Below, in pieces: positions 18,601 through 25,673 of a stretch of DNA of 32,000 nucleotides. The notes under the pieces are model-generated. The model was not told the DNA's origin. It did not search any database and was given only the letters and a program-made list of their open reading frames with translations. Each line of letters opens with the position of its first letter. Position 1 is the stretch's first letter. The stretch covers positions 60,001-92,000 of the forward strand of contig NC_009925.1 in NCBI RefSeq assembly GCF_000018105.1, written 5' to 3'. This DNA is from Acaryochloris marina MBIC11017 (GTDB lineage Bacteria; Cyanobacteriota; Cyanobacteriia; Thermosynechococcales; Thermosynechococcaceae). The translations under genes were made by a program, and so were the position numbers.

Positions 18601-20873
18601 GCATCTAACGGCTGTTCTAGCAGGGATAATCCCTGGGAAAAATTAACTTGGCCTTGAGCCCGCAGGGTGTTAGGGCTGAGGGCTGCAATGGGGCCATTGA
18701 GGGCAATATTTCCACTCAAAGCGCCTTTTAATTCGGGGGCAAAGTTGGATAGCTTAATGCCCGCCAATCTGACATCCGCTTTCAGATCAGTTTGATCAAA
18801 ATACCCATCCAGCCGAGCGGTTCCACCAGCCACTTGGGCCACAACATTGTCTAACCGAGTAATTCCTTTTCGTAAGCGCATCTCACCATTGGTGGGATAT
18901 GTGGCACGGGGCGCTTGAAAAGCAATTTGGGTGCGTAGATCTTCGGGTTGCCCCCGAACCTGGGTCTGAGCGTTGATGGGGCCAATCGTTAAACCCGAGG
19001 GTACGTCGTATAGGGATGCGATCGCATCCCCAGGCAACCCAACAACATCTACATCCGCCGCTAGGTCTGCCCCCGGTAAAAGGTTATAGCGGGCCGTTCC
19101 CGTAATCTCGCCCCCAGCCTCAGGCACTGCCAAAATACGGCTAACATTCAGGGACGGATTATCTAAAATGAATTGGGCCTTGATCGTCTCAAAGGGCACC
19201 CGGTCAATCTTCGTACCAGAGGCCATCACAACTTCCCCGGCAATAAAGGGACGATCAATCGGACCCGTAATCCGAATCTCCGGAAGACTCACCTCCCCAG
19301 CAATGGGCACCGGCAATGCGGGCACCTCCATGGTGGTCAGAGCCGTATTAACATCCAGTCCAGGAACCTGGGCAGAAAGGCTATAACCCCGATCAATATC
19401 AATCGAACCTTTGGCGGCAACGGGAACTTGGTCATATCGAGCCGTCACCCCTTCTAGGGTGGCAGTTAATCCCCGTAAACGAATAAATCCATTGGCATCA
19501 TAGAAAGACTTGGGCAAGCCGATCAGTTGAGCATCAATATCCTTCATGCGGGCAGTGCCTCGCATACTGGGCCGTTTAGCTTGATCTAGATACAACGTGA
19601 CGTTGGCATCGACCTGACCCGAACGAATGGCTACAGGTGTTTGAAACGCCCGATCAAAAATAGGTGCAGAAACATTCTGGGCCAATACCGAAACTTTAAT
19701 TTTGCTTAAATCGAGGGTTGTTTCCCCCTTGGTCCGCAGTCGGCCCCCACTGGCAATGGTGCCTCGGGCCTCAAACTGGAGGAGTTCTTCATCCTTTAGA
19801 AATTTTAGAGTGCCATTTGTACGACGCAGTTGCTGACGTTGCGATCGCCCATTTTGAAACAGTAAATTTTCAGGTACATAAAGATCCGCAGATCGGAATT
19901 GGGCTTCTCCCCCCACCTTGGGGAGTTGCTGATTGGGAGAATACTCAACATCCAACTCTCCCTGAAATTCCTCCGCCTTTACCCAAATATTCTGTTCAGG
20001 AACGCGAATATCAGCATCTTTGACTTCTGTTGTCCCAGTCAATTGAATGGGTTCTTGAGGTTGATAGGTTAGCTGGAAATCCCCATCCACTTCTCCCGAT
20101 CGAATTTGAATGGGAATCTCTGTGGGCACAAACCCCATAAGTGGAGTTATTTGAACCTGTTTGGCCTTGACATCTAACTTTAGGGATTGACTAGGCTGCA
20201 ACCACTCCCCTTTCAGCCTCGCTTTACCACCAGAATCTAAAGTGCCATTCCCTTCAACTTTCAGCTTCTCATTGTTGTCATGGAGCGTTAGAACACCCTT
20301 TAAATTCCTCAGGGTCCGAGCCTCCGCTCCATAAGGATCAATAACCGCTTCTCCCCCATCGACACTTAGGGAATCAAGCTGAATCTTGACCAATCCCTCA
20401 GAATCCTCCTGAGTGAGAGTGGTTGAAATCCATTCTCCATCTTCTGTTTGGTCAAGATACAATTCTGCATCCACCAAAGTCACATCTAAATTAAGAGTCC
20501 GGGTCCAGAGGGCTTTCCAAACATCAAACTGAACATTAACGGTTTGAACCTTGCCTGCATCCTTATCTTCAATGGTGCGACCGTTGCTTGAATAAGTATG
20601 AGCAGGTACTGAAGATGGCCCAAACTGCAGTCCCGTCAGGGAATAGCTTTGCACATCACCTAATAGCACTGGGCGATTCAGAGACTTTGTCAGTTCTTTG
20701 GCAATCTGGGGAGCAAGTTCATTATTTATAAAGCCTAGGATTCGCCAACCGCCCCAAATTAAGATCCCGAGAAGAATAAGGGCTGTACCTATCACTGGGC
20801 GACTAAATAAAATCAGCCAGAGGCGGCGGGATGGGCGTGGAGCTTGCTCTCCACCAGATGGTTCTTGAGGCAT
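15663..20873 (-). CDS. tamB: translocation and assembly module protein TamB homologue (DUF490 C-terminus; cyanobacterial counterpart of plant TIC236)
   Basis: 1736 aa. It has an N-terminal membrane anchor (LWLILFSRPVIGTALILLGILIWGGW) and a long beta-rich body of repetitive G-x-(L/V)-x-(L/V) motifs. The C-terminus ...LAFGAELGFDITDRFSASVLQ...VGVLEYRIQF is typical of TamB/DUF490. It ends 39 nt upstream of the mscS-like gene on the same strand. Confidence 0.85.
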   Translation of the reverse strand: MPQEPSGGEQAPRPSRRLWLILFSRPVIGTALILLGILIWGGWRILGFINNELAPQIAKELTKSLNRPVLLGDVQSYSLTGLQFGPSSVPAHTYSSNGRTIEDKDAGKVQTVNVQFDVWKALWTRTLNLDVTLVDAELYLDQTEDGEWISTTLTQEDSEGLVKIQLDSLSVDGGEAVIDPYGAEARTLRNLKGVLTLHDNNEKLKVEGNGTLDSGGKARLKGEWLQPSQSLKLDVKAKQVQITPLMGFVPTEIPIQIRSGEVDGDFQLTYQPQEPIQLTGTTEVKDADIRVPEQNIWVKAEEFQGELDVEYSPNQQLPKVGGEAQFRSADLYVPENLLFQNGRSQRQQLRRTNGTLKFLKDEELLQFEARGTIASGGRLRTKGETTLDLSKIKVSVLAQNVSAPIFDRAFQTPVAIRSGQVDANVTLYLDQAKRPSMRGTARMKDIDAQLIGLPKSFYDANGFIRLRGLTATLEGVTARYDQVPVAAKGSIDIDRGYSLSAQVPGLDVNTALTTMEVPALPVPIAGEVSLPEIRITGPIDRPFIAGEVVMASGTKIDRVPFETIKAQFILDNPSLNVSRILAVPEAGGEITGTARYNLLPGADLAADVDVVGLPGDAIASLYDVPSGLTIGPINAQTQVRGQPEDLRTQIAFQAPRATYPTNGEMRLRKGITRLDNVVAQVAGGTARLDGYFDQTDLKADVRLAGIKLSNFAPELKGALSGNIALNGPIAALSPNTLRAQGQVNFSQGLSLLEQPLDARFRWTGRQIVVQSATAKGFRADGTIDANLQSPQGPQITAMDLNIKADNYDLRTLAALGPTAIPLTGQADLIGRITGTPEAPNLVATLQLEDLALFQFRFEPVMKGDLAFGPGVEMKVGGERDRIDVSLNSQFLPNSFLIRRDQAIAQGTTQGNILRAEVKQFPLQPLNLGSIANLGLGTVSGTASGQFLANLKQQTLEGSFAVDQPALNQIQAKTLTGKIRYRDGIANLDQGTLLKDESQYVLNAKFIASDNPQYSGDLAITKGNIADVVALYESIDFANIGSPQQPKTYGTAADLQTIPVGVNGPLLSQLRRFSEIRQLAILQANQQEQSLFALDGLTGQFGGQIDFAGSVKTGVNADFDIRGQDFKLGLSGIDQLVVKGELEDGLLSLQPLRVKTGESLLAFQGQLGSSYQSGRLRLQNISVEPINPFLDLPVTVTGKLNGTLNLAGNLEDPQLEGQFELVEGRLDDAVINSAQTTLSYKQALLKIDSQARINNSQPLVLKGEVPFVPVFSTVKPATDQVSLTASIRNDGLSLLSLFTDQVTWEGGNGALDVNVKGTIDQPIVDGSIRFQDAKLQAAALKQPLTNLNGLIKFDSNLVTIPRLTAKIDDGQLETTGSLPIFQGSNQQALAVKLEDLDLNVQELYQGGVNGAIVVKGSALQPRISGKLQLSNGKVKLANASGADSSAPGTVSQPGVDNPIKFNNLVVQIGDNVKISQPPVLSFIANGDLTINGQVDQPLADGVVRFRKGSINLATTLFSVDPRRENYASFDSQFGLDPYLNIGMKTTVTEVVRATTTDLNEFAEVPSSAIGAVQSVKVNATVDGRASELLANFDKVVTLSSRPSRTNPQIIALLGGGLERSLQDGQATQAAANIASSAAFSSVQQALNDALGSRASFRAFPVLLPNQNNNQSAVLAFGAELGFDITDRFSASVLQILTGVDEPTLFNLSYEINNQIRARSSISSEGEAVGVLEYRIQF

Positions 20874-21208
20874 GAGTTATAAGCTGCCGACTAAATCAAA
20901 AAGTTACGGTTGCACGACTCAATGGATGTAATGCAGATTACCACCCAGATGGCCTTAGAGGACGAAACCTAAATTACAAATCCCCTCATGAAACTAAAAT
21001 CATCCTGTTCTTATGAGATTAGGCTGATGGTGAAATTAATACATCTATCTGAAGAGAGACATTAGGTATTTTATACAAAGTTTAGAAGATATTACTTCTG
21101 TATCTTTATATATTTCCTTCTAAACGCATTAGTAACCGATCAGGGTATTTACTAGATATTTCAATTAACTTTCGTTAAAACTTGAACATTATTTTAGTAG
21201 TTCGCTGA

Positions 21209-21232
21209 TGAGTCGTTGTAGATGACGACTCA
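21209..21232 (+). promoter_or_regulatory. 8-bp-stem hairpin (tgagtcgt-tgtagatg-acgactca) about 90 nt upstream of the TPS exoprotein gene
   Basis: The stem is a perfect 8-bp pairing of 21209-21216 with 21225-21232. The 10-mer acgactcaat of the 3' arm recurs at 20914-20923 in the same intergenic region. Confidence 0.3.
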
Positions 21233-21322
21233 ATAGAACTACCTCATCCAATGTGTCAGTCAAAAAGCCCTCTTTATTGTCTTCATAGTGTTAGAACCCC
21301 AAAATTTATAGGTGGGTGAAGT

Positions 21323-23506
21323 ATGAATAGCAAAGCCACCTTTCTCCAAGCAGCCATAATTTGGACGTGTCTCTTCTCGCCGACCTTAGCCCAAATCACC
21401 TCAGATGGGACGACAGGAAGCATCGTCAACCAAAACAACTCAAGATTTCAAATTGAGGGAGGGGTAACTAGAGGGAACACCCTGTTTCACAGTTTCGAGA
21501 AATTTAGTATCCCCACAAACAATCAAGCCTACTTTACTAATCCCAGTGGGATCAACTTGATATTGTCTCGTGTAACGGGTAAAGGAATATCAAATATAAA
21601 TGGCACTTTGGGGGTTGAGGGAGGTGCTGATTTATTTTTAATGAATCCAAATGGAATTATCTTTGGCCCTAATGCGTCACTAGATTTGAATGGTTCGTTT
21701 TTGGCCACCACTGGTAGCAGTTTTGTATTTGAGGATGGTAAGACTTTTAGTGCCACTAACCCTACATCCGTTCCAAATTTCAAGGTTAGTGTTCCACTAG
21801 GGATTCAATTTGGGAATGTCGCTGCAGAAATCAAGGTTCAAGCACGAAGTGGAATCAGTTATAGTCCTTATAAATCTTACTTTGAGTGTGATTGTGGCCT
21901 ATCAATCAATTCCGGCAACACAATTTCCTTTCTTAGTGGAGACTTTACTTCTGAACGAGGGGTTATAAATGCTCCAAATGGAAATATTGAAATTGGTAGT
22001 GTGGATGCTGATAGTTTTGTGAATTTAAATCCATTTACTAGTGGTTGGTCATTGGGATACTCAAAAGTAAATAGCTTCAAAGATATATCTTTATCAGGTG
22101 GGTATATTTATAATTCAAATTACTCTGGCAAAGCTGGCAATAGGATTAGATTCTATTCAAGGAAACAAATCATTCGAGATAAAGCACTAATCAAGACATT
22201 TTCTTATAACAATGGAATTAGAGGAAAAGTACTTATTAATGCAGCGGAATCTGTAAGCATATCAAGTGGTGGAAAAATTATTTCATGGTCAGGAGATTTT
22301 TTAGGAAGTGATCAGAGTATTGGTGGGGATATAGAGATCAATACAGGCTCATTATCTATATCAAATCTAGGGATAATATTTACCGACAGTGTCAATCAAT
22401 CAACTGGAGGGAATATAAATATTCAGTCTAAAGATCTGAAGTTAACTAATGGAGGTAGAATTAAAACTATTGCCTTGGATTCTGGTAGTGCTGGAAATAT
22501 TAATATCCAAGTCTCAGATAGCACTAATATCTCTGGAAAGGATGGGTATTTTGATACTCACTTTAATAATAAAATATATGTTGATAGTGGAATTTCTTCA
22601 ACTTCATATGGGGTGGGAAAAACTGGAAATTTATCCTTGTCCACAAAAGATATAGAAATTAGTAACGGAGCTGGAATAGGTGTATTAGGGCTTGGGAATG
22701 GTCCTACAGGCTTTCTCAATATAAAAGGGGAGAATTTAACTCTTAATAATAATGCCTATATTTCAATGAAGGTAACGAATAATAAACTTGGCAACTTGAA
22801 TATTGATATGAGCAATCTTCTTTTAATGAATAATCAGAGTAAAATCACCTACGAAGCAGAAGGACTTGGTATTGGAGGAAAAGCAAGCATTAGTGCACCT
22901 ATGATTGTTGCATTTCCTAATGAGAATAGTGACATCATCTTAGATGCTCCTATGGCAGATACTTCAATCAATGCTAAAGAAGTATTAGGTTTCACAAAAA
23001 ACTCCAAACCAACTAAGATGAGTGATATTGTCGTTAACTCGGAAGATGATCGTGAGTTAGTAGGAGAATATGGGCGGACTTCTAGGTTAAAAGTATCTGA
23101 ATATAGAGAAGCTCCGGTTCAACCACAGAGAATCGTTAAAGGATGTCGCCCTGGTCAAGCTTTAGGGAACGGACATTTTGCCTATAAAGGCAAAGGTGGA
23201 TTACCTCCTAATCCATATCAGAACCGAACTATGCCAGCCGTTTGGCAAGATCTACGATTGCATGATTTAGAATCAAATTCAGTTAATAAGTACATAAAAC
23301 TATCTCATCAGATATCTAAAGCGATTAGGGACGAAAATAAGCATCAAACGCCAAGAGAATCAGTTGTTGAAAAAAATATTGTTGCTGAGGAAGAAATTAT
23401 TGAAGCGAAAGGCTGGATTGAAGATAAGAAAGGGCAGATAATTCTGACTTCTTCTCCAAAAAAGAATGTCGTCACCGCCAATTATCAACCGACAGCAACT
23501 TGTTAA
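21323..23506 (+). CDS. two-partner-secretion family exoprotein (filamentous-haemagglutinin N-terminal / haemagglutination-activity domain protein), short form
   Basis: Signal peptide MNSKATFLQAAIIWTCLFSPTLA|Q. The TPS domain is ITSDGTTG...GNTLFHSFEKFSIPTNNQAYFTNPSGINLILSRVTGKGISNINGTL...DLFLMNPNGIIFGPNASLDLNGSFLATT. The body has beta-helix-like repeats (GGNINIQSKDLKLTNGG, SAGNINIQVSDSTNISG, TGNLSLSTKDIEISNGAG). The C-terminal module is C...GKGGLPPNP...AVWQDLR...IIEAKGWIEDKKGQIILTS...C*. Confidence 0.85.
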   Translation: MNSKATFLQAAIIWTCLFSPTLAQITSDGTTGSIVNQNNSRFQIEGGVTRGNTLFHSFEKFSIPTNNQAYFTNPSGINLILSRVTGKGISNINGTLGVEGGADLFLMNPNGIIFGPNASLDLNGSFLATTGSSFVFEDGKTFSATNPTSVPNFKVSVPLGIQFGNVAAEIKVQARSGISYSPYKSYFECDCGLSINSGNTISFLSGDFTSERGVINAPNGNIEIGSVDADSFVNLNPFTSGWSLGYSKVNSFKDISLSGGYIYNSNYSGKAGNRIRFYSRKQIIRDKALIKTFSYNNGIRGKVLINAAESVSISSGGKIISWSGDFLGSDQSIGGDIEINTGSLSISNLGIIFTDSVNQSTGGNINIQSKDLKLTNGGRIKTIALDSGSAGNINIQVSDSTNISGKDGYFDTHFNNKIYVDSGISSTSYGVGKTGNLSLSTKDIEISNGAGIGVLGLGNGPTGFLNIKGENLTLNNNAYISMKVTNNKLGNLNIDMSNLLLMNNQSKITYEAEGLGIGGKASISAPMIVAFPNENSDIILDAPMADTSINAKEVLGFTKNSKPTKMSDIVVNSEDDRELVGEYGRTSRLKVSEYREAPVQPQRIVKGCRPGQALGNGHFAYKGKGGLPPNPYQNRTMPAVWQDLRLHDLESNSVNKYIKLSHQISKAIRDENKHQTPRESVVEKNIVAEEEIIEAKGWIEDKKGQIILTSSPKKNVVTANYQPTATC

Positions 23507-23716
23507 TGCAGAGTTTTCACTTTTTCTGAGGCTTGCCAACAGTTAAGATATGTAAAAACGGGAGTAAATGTTGATCCCACTCCTGAAATATCTACAGAAT
23601 AGCAACTCCATATTCCAGATTTGCATGCTGACCAAGCACCTTAATCTCTTTTCCCATCTGAGAATTTTGCTGTTTGCTCCTTCCCCGTTGTCCGCAGACC
23701 GTAAAGCAGGAAAATT

Positions 23717-24205
23717 ATGAACAAGACTGTTTTGTGCATCCCAACAGCGTTAGCATGGATGTTGCTTCTCTCTCCAGGCCAAGCCCAACAAGCACCTATA
23801 AAATCAATCTCAGCGCAACGACAGAACTCTGCCTTAGCCACACACACCAGCAGAACTCAAAAATTACAGGCAAAGAAGAACTGCCATACAAATCAACCCT
23901 CGGTATACCGTCCCAGCAATCCTATCCGTACCATCCAATCCCCCACACCTCAACAGCAGCGACCAGTCAGAACTGCGGTCTGGCAAGATTTACGATCGCC
24001 TGGTTCCACTTCATCCTCCATTGACCTTCATGAGTCAGAATTATCCAATACTGCTGCCCGGAGCTACCAAACAACATTGCCTAAACGCCCCGTTATTGTA
24101 GAAGCCCAAGGTTGGACTCGGGACAAGCAAGGCCGCGTCTTCTTAACTTCAAGGTTCTCTAGATTTAGAAAGAATAGAGCTGTTCCATCCAATGGGGAAT
24201 GTTGA
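23717..24205 (+). CDS. secreted 162-aa protein consisting of a signal peptide plus a paralogue of the C-terminal module of the upstream TPS exoprotein
   Basis: AGGA lies 8 nt upstream of the ATG. The signal peptide is MNKTVLCIPTALAWMLLLSPGQA|Q. It then reads C(56)-x33-WQDLR ... VIVEAQGWTRDKQGRVFLTS ... C(162)*, colinear with residues 608-727 of the 727-aa protein. Confidence 0.65.
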   Translation: MNKTVLCIPTALAWMLLLSPGQAQQAPIKSISAQRQNSALATHTSRTQKLQAKKNCHTNQPSVYRPSNPIRTIQSPTPQQQRPVRTAVWQDLRSPGSTSSSIDLHESELSNTAARSYQTTLPKRPVIVEAQGWTRDKQGRVFLTSRFSRFRKNRAVPSNGEC

Positions 24206-24448
24206 CCACAGCAACTTTTTTAGGTGTATCAAGGCTAGACAACAAATAGACTTTTCCTGTATTGGGCCAACCCAGGCAGAAGGCCGTATTAATCGAGCCT
24301 TTGCCTGGGTTTTAGTATGTTTAGTCCTCTTTTCCTAATCAGATGGGTGGTCTCATTCATGTTTGTAAATCAGGACCAGAGAAAGTTCCTGGGTTTGCAG
24401 GTAACAAGCAATGCAAACTATAGATGCAGAAGCATTCTGGTTTCAGAC

Positions 24449-25570
24449 ATGACCAATCCTCTATCAGACCCTTTGCAGCAAGGTTACGTTGATTATTTTT
24501 ATGACCAAGCAGGCAGCTCTCCTGGAACCCTGACGATTGACGAAGATGCTTCACCCACTCGGATTGTTGTCATCGATTACAACCCACATCAAGCCCGCCG
24601 GATCATCGTTGAACAACCTGAAGAAAGTGCAGATTATCTGACCACAGAAACCGTTTCTTGGATTGATGTTCAGGGACTAGGGGATGAGGATATTCTGCGC
24701 CGATTAGGACAAACTTTCGATCTGCATCCCTTGGTTTTGGAAGATGTGGTGAATGTACCTCAACGCCAAAAAGTTGAGGATTTCGATGATCAGCTTTTAA
24801 TTATTGCCCGTATGGTTCTTCCTCACCCTGAAGGCGTCGGGTTTGTAAGTGAACAAGTCAGCTTTATCTTGCATCAGCAAGCATTATTGACGATTCAAGA
24901 AGAGCCTTTCCATGATTCATTTGGGCCAGTTCGCAAGCGAATTCGATTGCAGAAGGGATTGATGCGAAAAATGGGGGCTGACTTTCTCACCTATGCCCTC
25001 TTAGACGCCATTATTGATGGTTTCTTCCCGGTGCTAGAACTTTACGGAGAGCGGTTAGAAACCTTAGAAGATGAAATACTCGACAATCCCACGCGAGAGA
25101 CCCTCAACCAAGTTCACTCTCTCAAACGTGAGTTGATGAATCTACGACGACTGAGTTGGTCACAACGGGATGCTTTATCTGCCCTCCTACGGGAAGATAG
25201 CCCCCTAATCAGCCAAGAGGTAAAAGTGTATCTAAGGGACTGTTACGACCATTCCATCCAGATCTTAGACATGGTTGAAACATATCGAGATTTCGCGGCC
25301 AGTCTGATGGATGTTTATCTATCTTCTGTGAGCAATAAAATGAACGAAGTGATGAAAGTCCTCACGGTCATCTCAACAATCTTTATTCCCTTAACCTTTA
25401 TTTCAGGGCTCTATGGCATGAACTTTAACCCTCAAGTTTCCCCTTTTAACATGCCTGAGTTGAGCTGGTACTGGGGATATCCTGCGGTCATCGCTACCAT
25501 GTTGCTGATTTCGGGAAGTCTAAGCTATTTATTTTGGCGTCGCGGTTGGTTTAGCAAGGTATCACCTTGA
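24449..25570 (+). CDS. corA: CorA-family magnesium/cobalt transporter
   Basis: The C-terminal TM pair carries the signature YGMNF (GMN motif) followed by ...WYWGYP. The soluble N-terminal domain includes WIDVQGLGDEDILRRLGQTFDLHPLVLEDV. The ATG at 24449 (MTNPLSDP...) is preferred. The 44 codons upstream in the ORF track look non-coding. Confidence 0.9.
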   Translation: MTNPLSDPLQQGYVDYFYDQAGSSPGTLTIDEDASPTRIVVIDYNPHQARRIIVEQPEESADYLTTETVSWIDVQGLGDEDILRRLGQTFDLHPLVLEDVVNVPQRQKVEDFDDQLLIIARMVLPHPEGVGFVSEQVSFILHQQALLTIQEEPFHDSFGPVRKRIRLQKGLMRKMGADFLTYALLDAIIDGFFPVLELYGERLETLEDEILDNPTRETLNQVHSLKRELMNLRRLSWSQRDALSALLREDSPLISQEVKVYLRDCYDHSIQILDMVETYRDFAASLMDVYLSSVSNKMNEVMKVLTVISTIFIPLTFISGLYGMNFNPQVSPFNMPELSWYWGYPAVIATMLLISGSLSYLFWRRGWFSKVSP

Positions 25571-25673
25571 GTGCTCCACAATATTTCCTAGAGATTCAAA
25601 GGATTGATCAATCGCAACTGTTATTTATGGTGAGGCGACGTCTTAATATAGAAGCGATATTTCCTAAATTCAG

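Noticed and set aside
15982-20023. Several plus-strand ORFs of 63-101 aa inside tamB (15982-16266, 16681-16872, 18117-18326, 19168-19457, 19718-20023)
   Set aside because: All lie antisense to a continuous 1736-codon ORF with clear TamB features. They are Arg/Pro/Gly-rich, as expected for antisense frames of G+C-richer coding DNA.
627-23506. Linking the MafI-like immunity gene to the TPS exoprotein as a contact-dependent-inhibition (CdiA/CdiI-like) pair
   Set aside because: The genes are 20 kb apart and separated by core genes. The TPS protein ends in the cyanobacterial C-terminal module rather than a recognisable toxin tip preceded by a VENN-like or other demarcation motif. No immunity-like ORF directly follows a toxin domain.
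23674-24024. 116-aa ORF overlapping the 162-aa mini-protein gene in another frame
   Set aside because: The alternative frame (23717-24205) has a signal peptide, an RBS-like AGGA and clear homology to the C-terminus of the upstream protein. The 116-aa frame has none of these.
24317-24448. Upstream 44-codon extension of corA
   Set aside because: The extension (MFSPLFLIRWVVSFMFVNQDQRKF...) is unlike CorA N-termini. The ATG at 24449 gives a normal CorA of about 373 aa.
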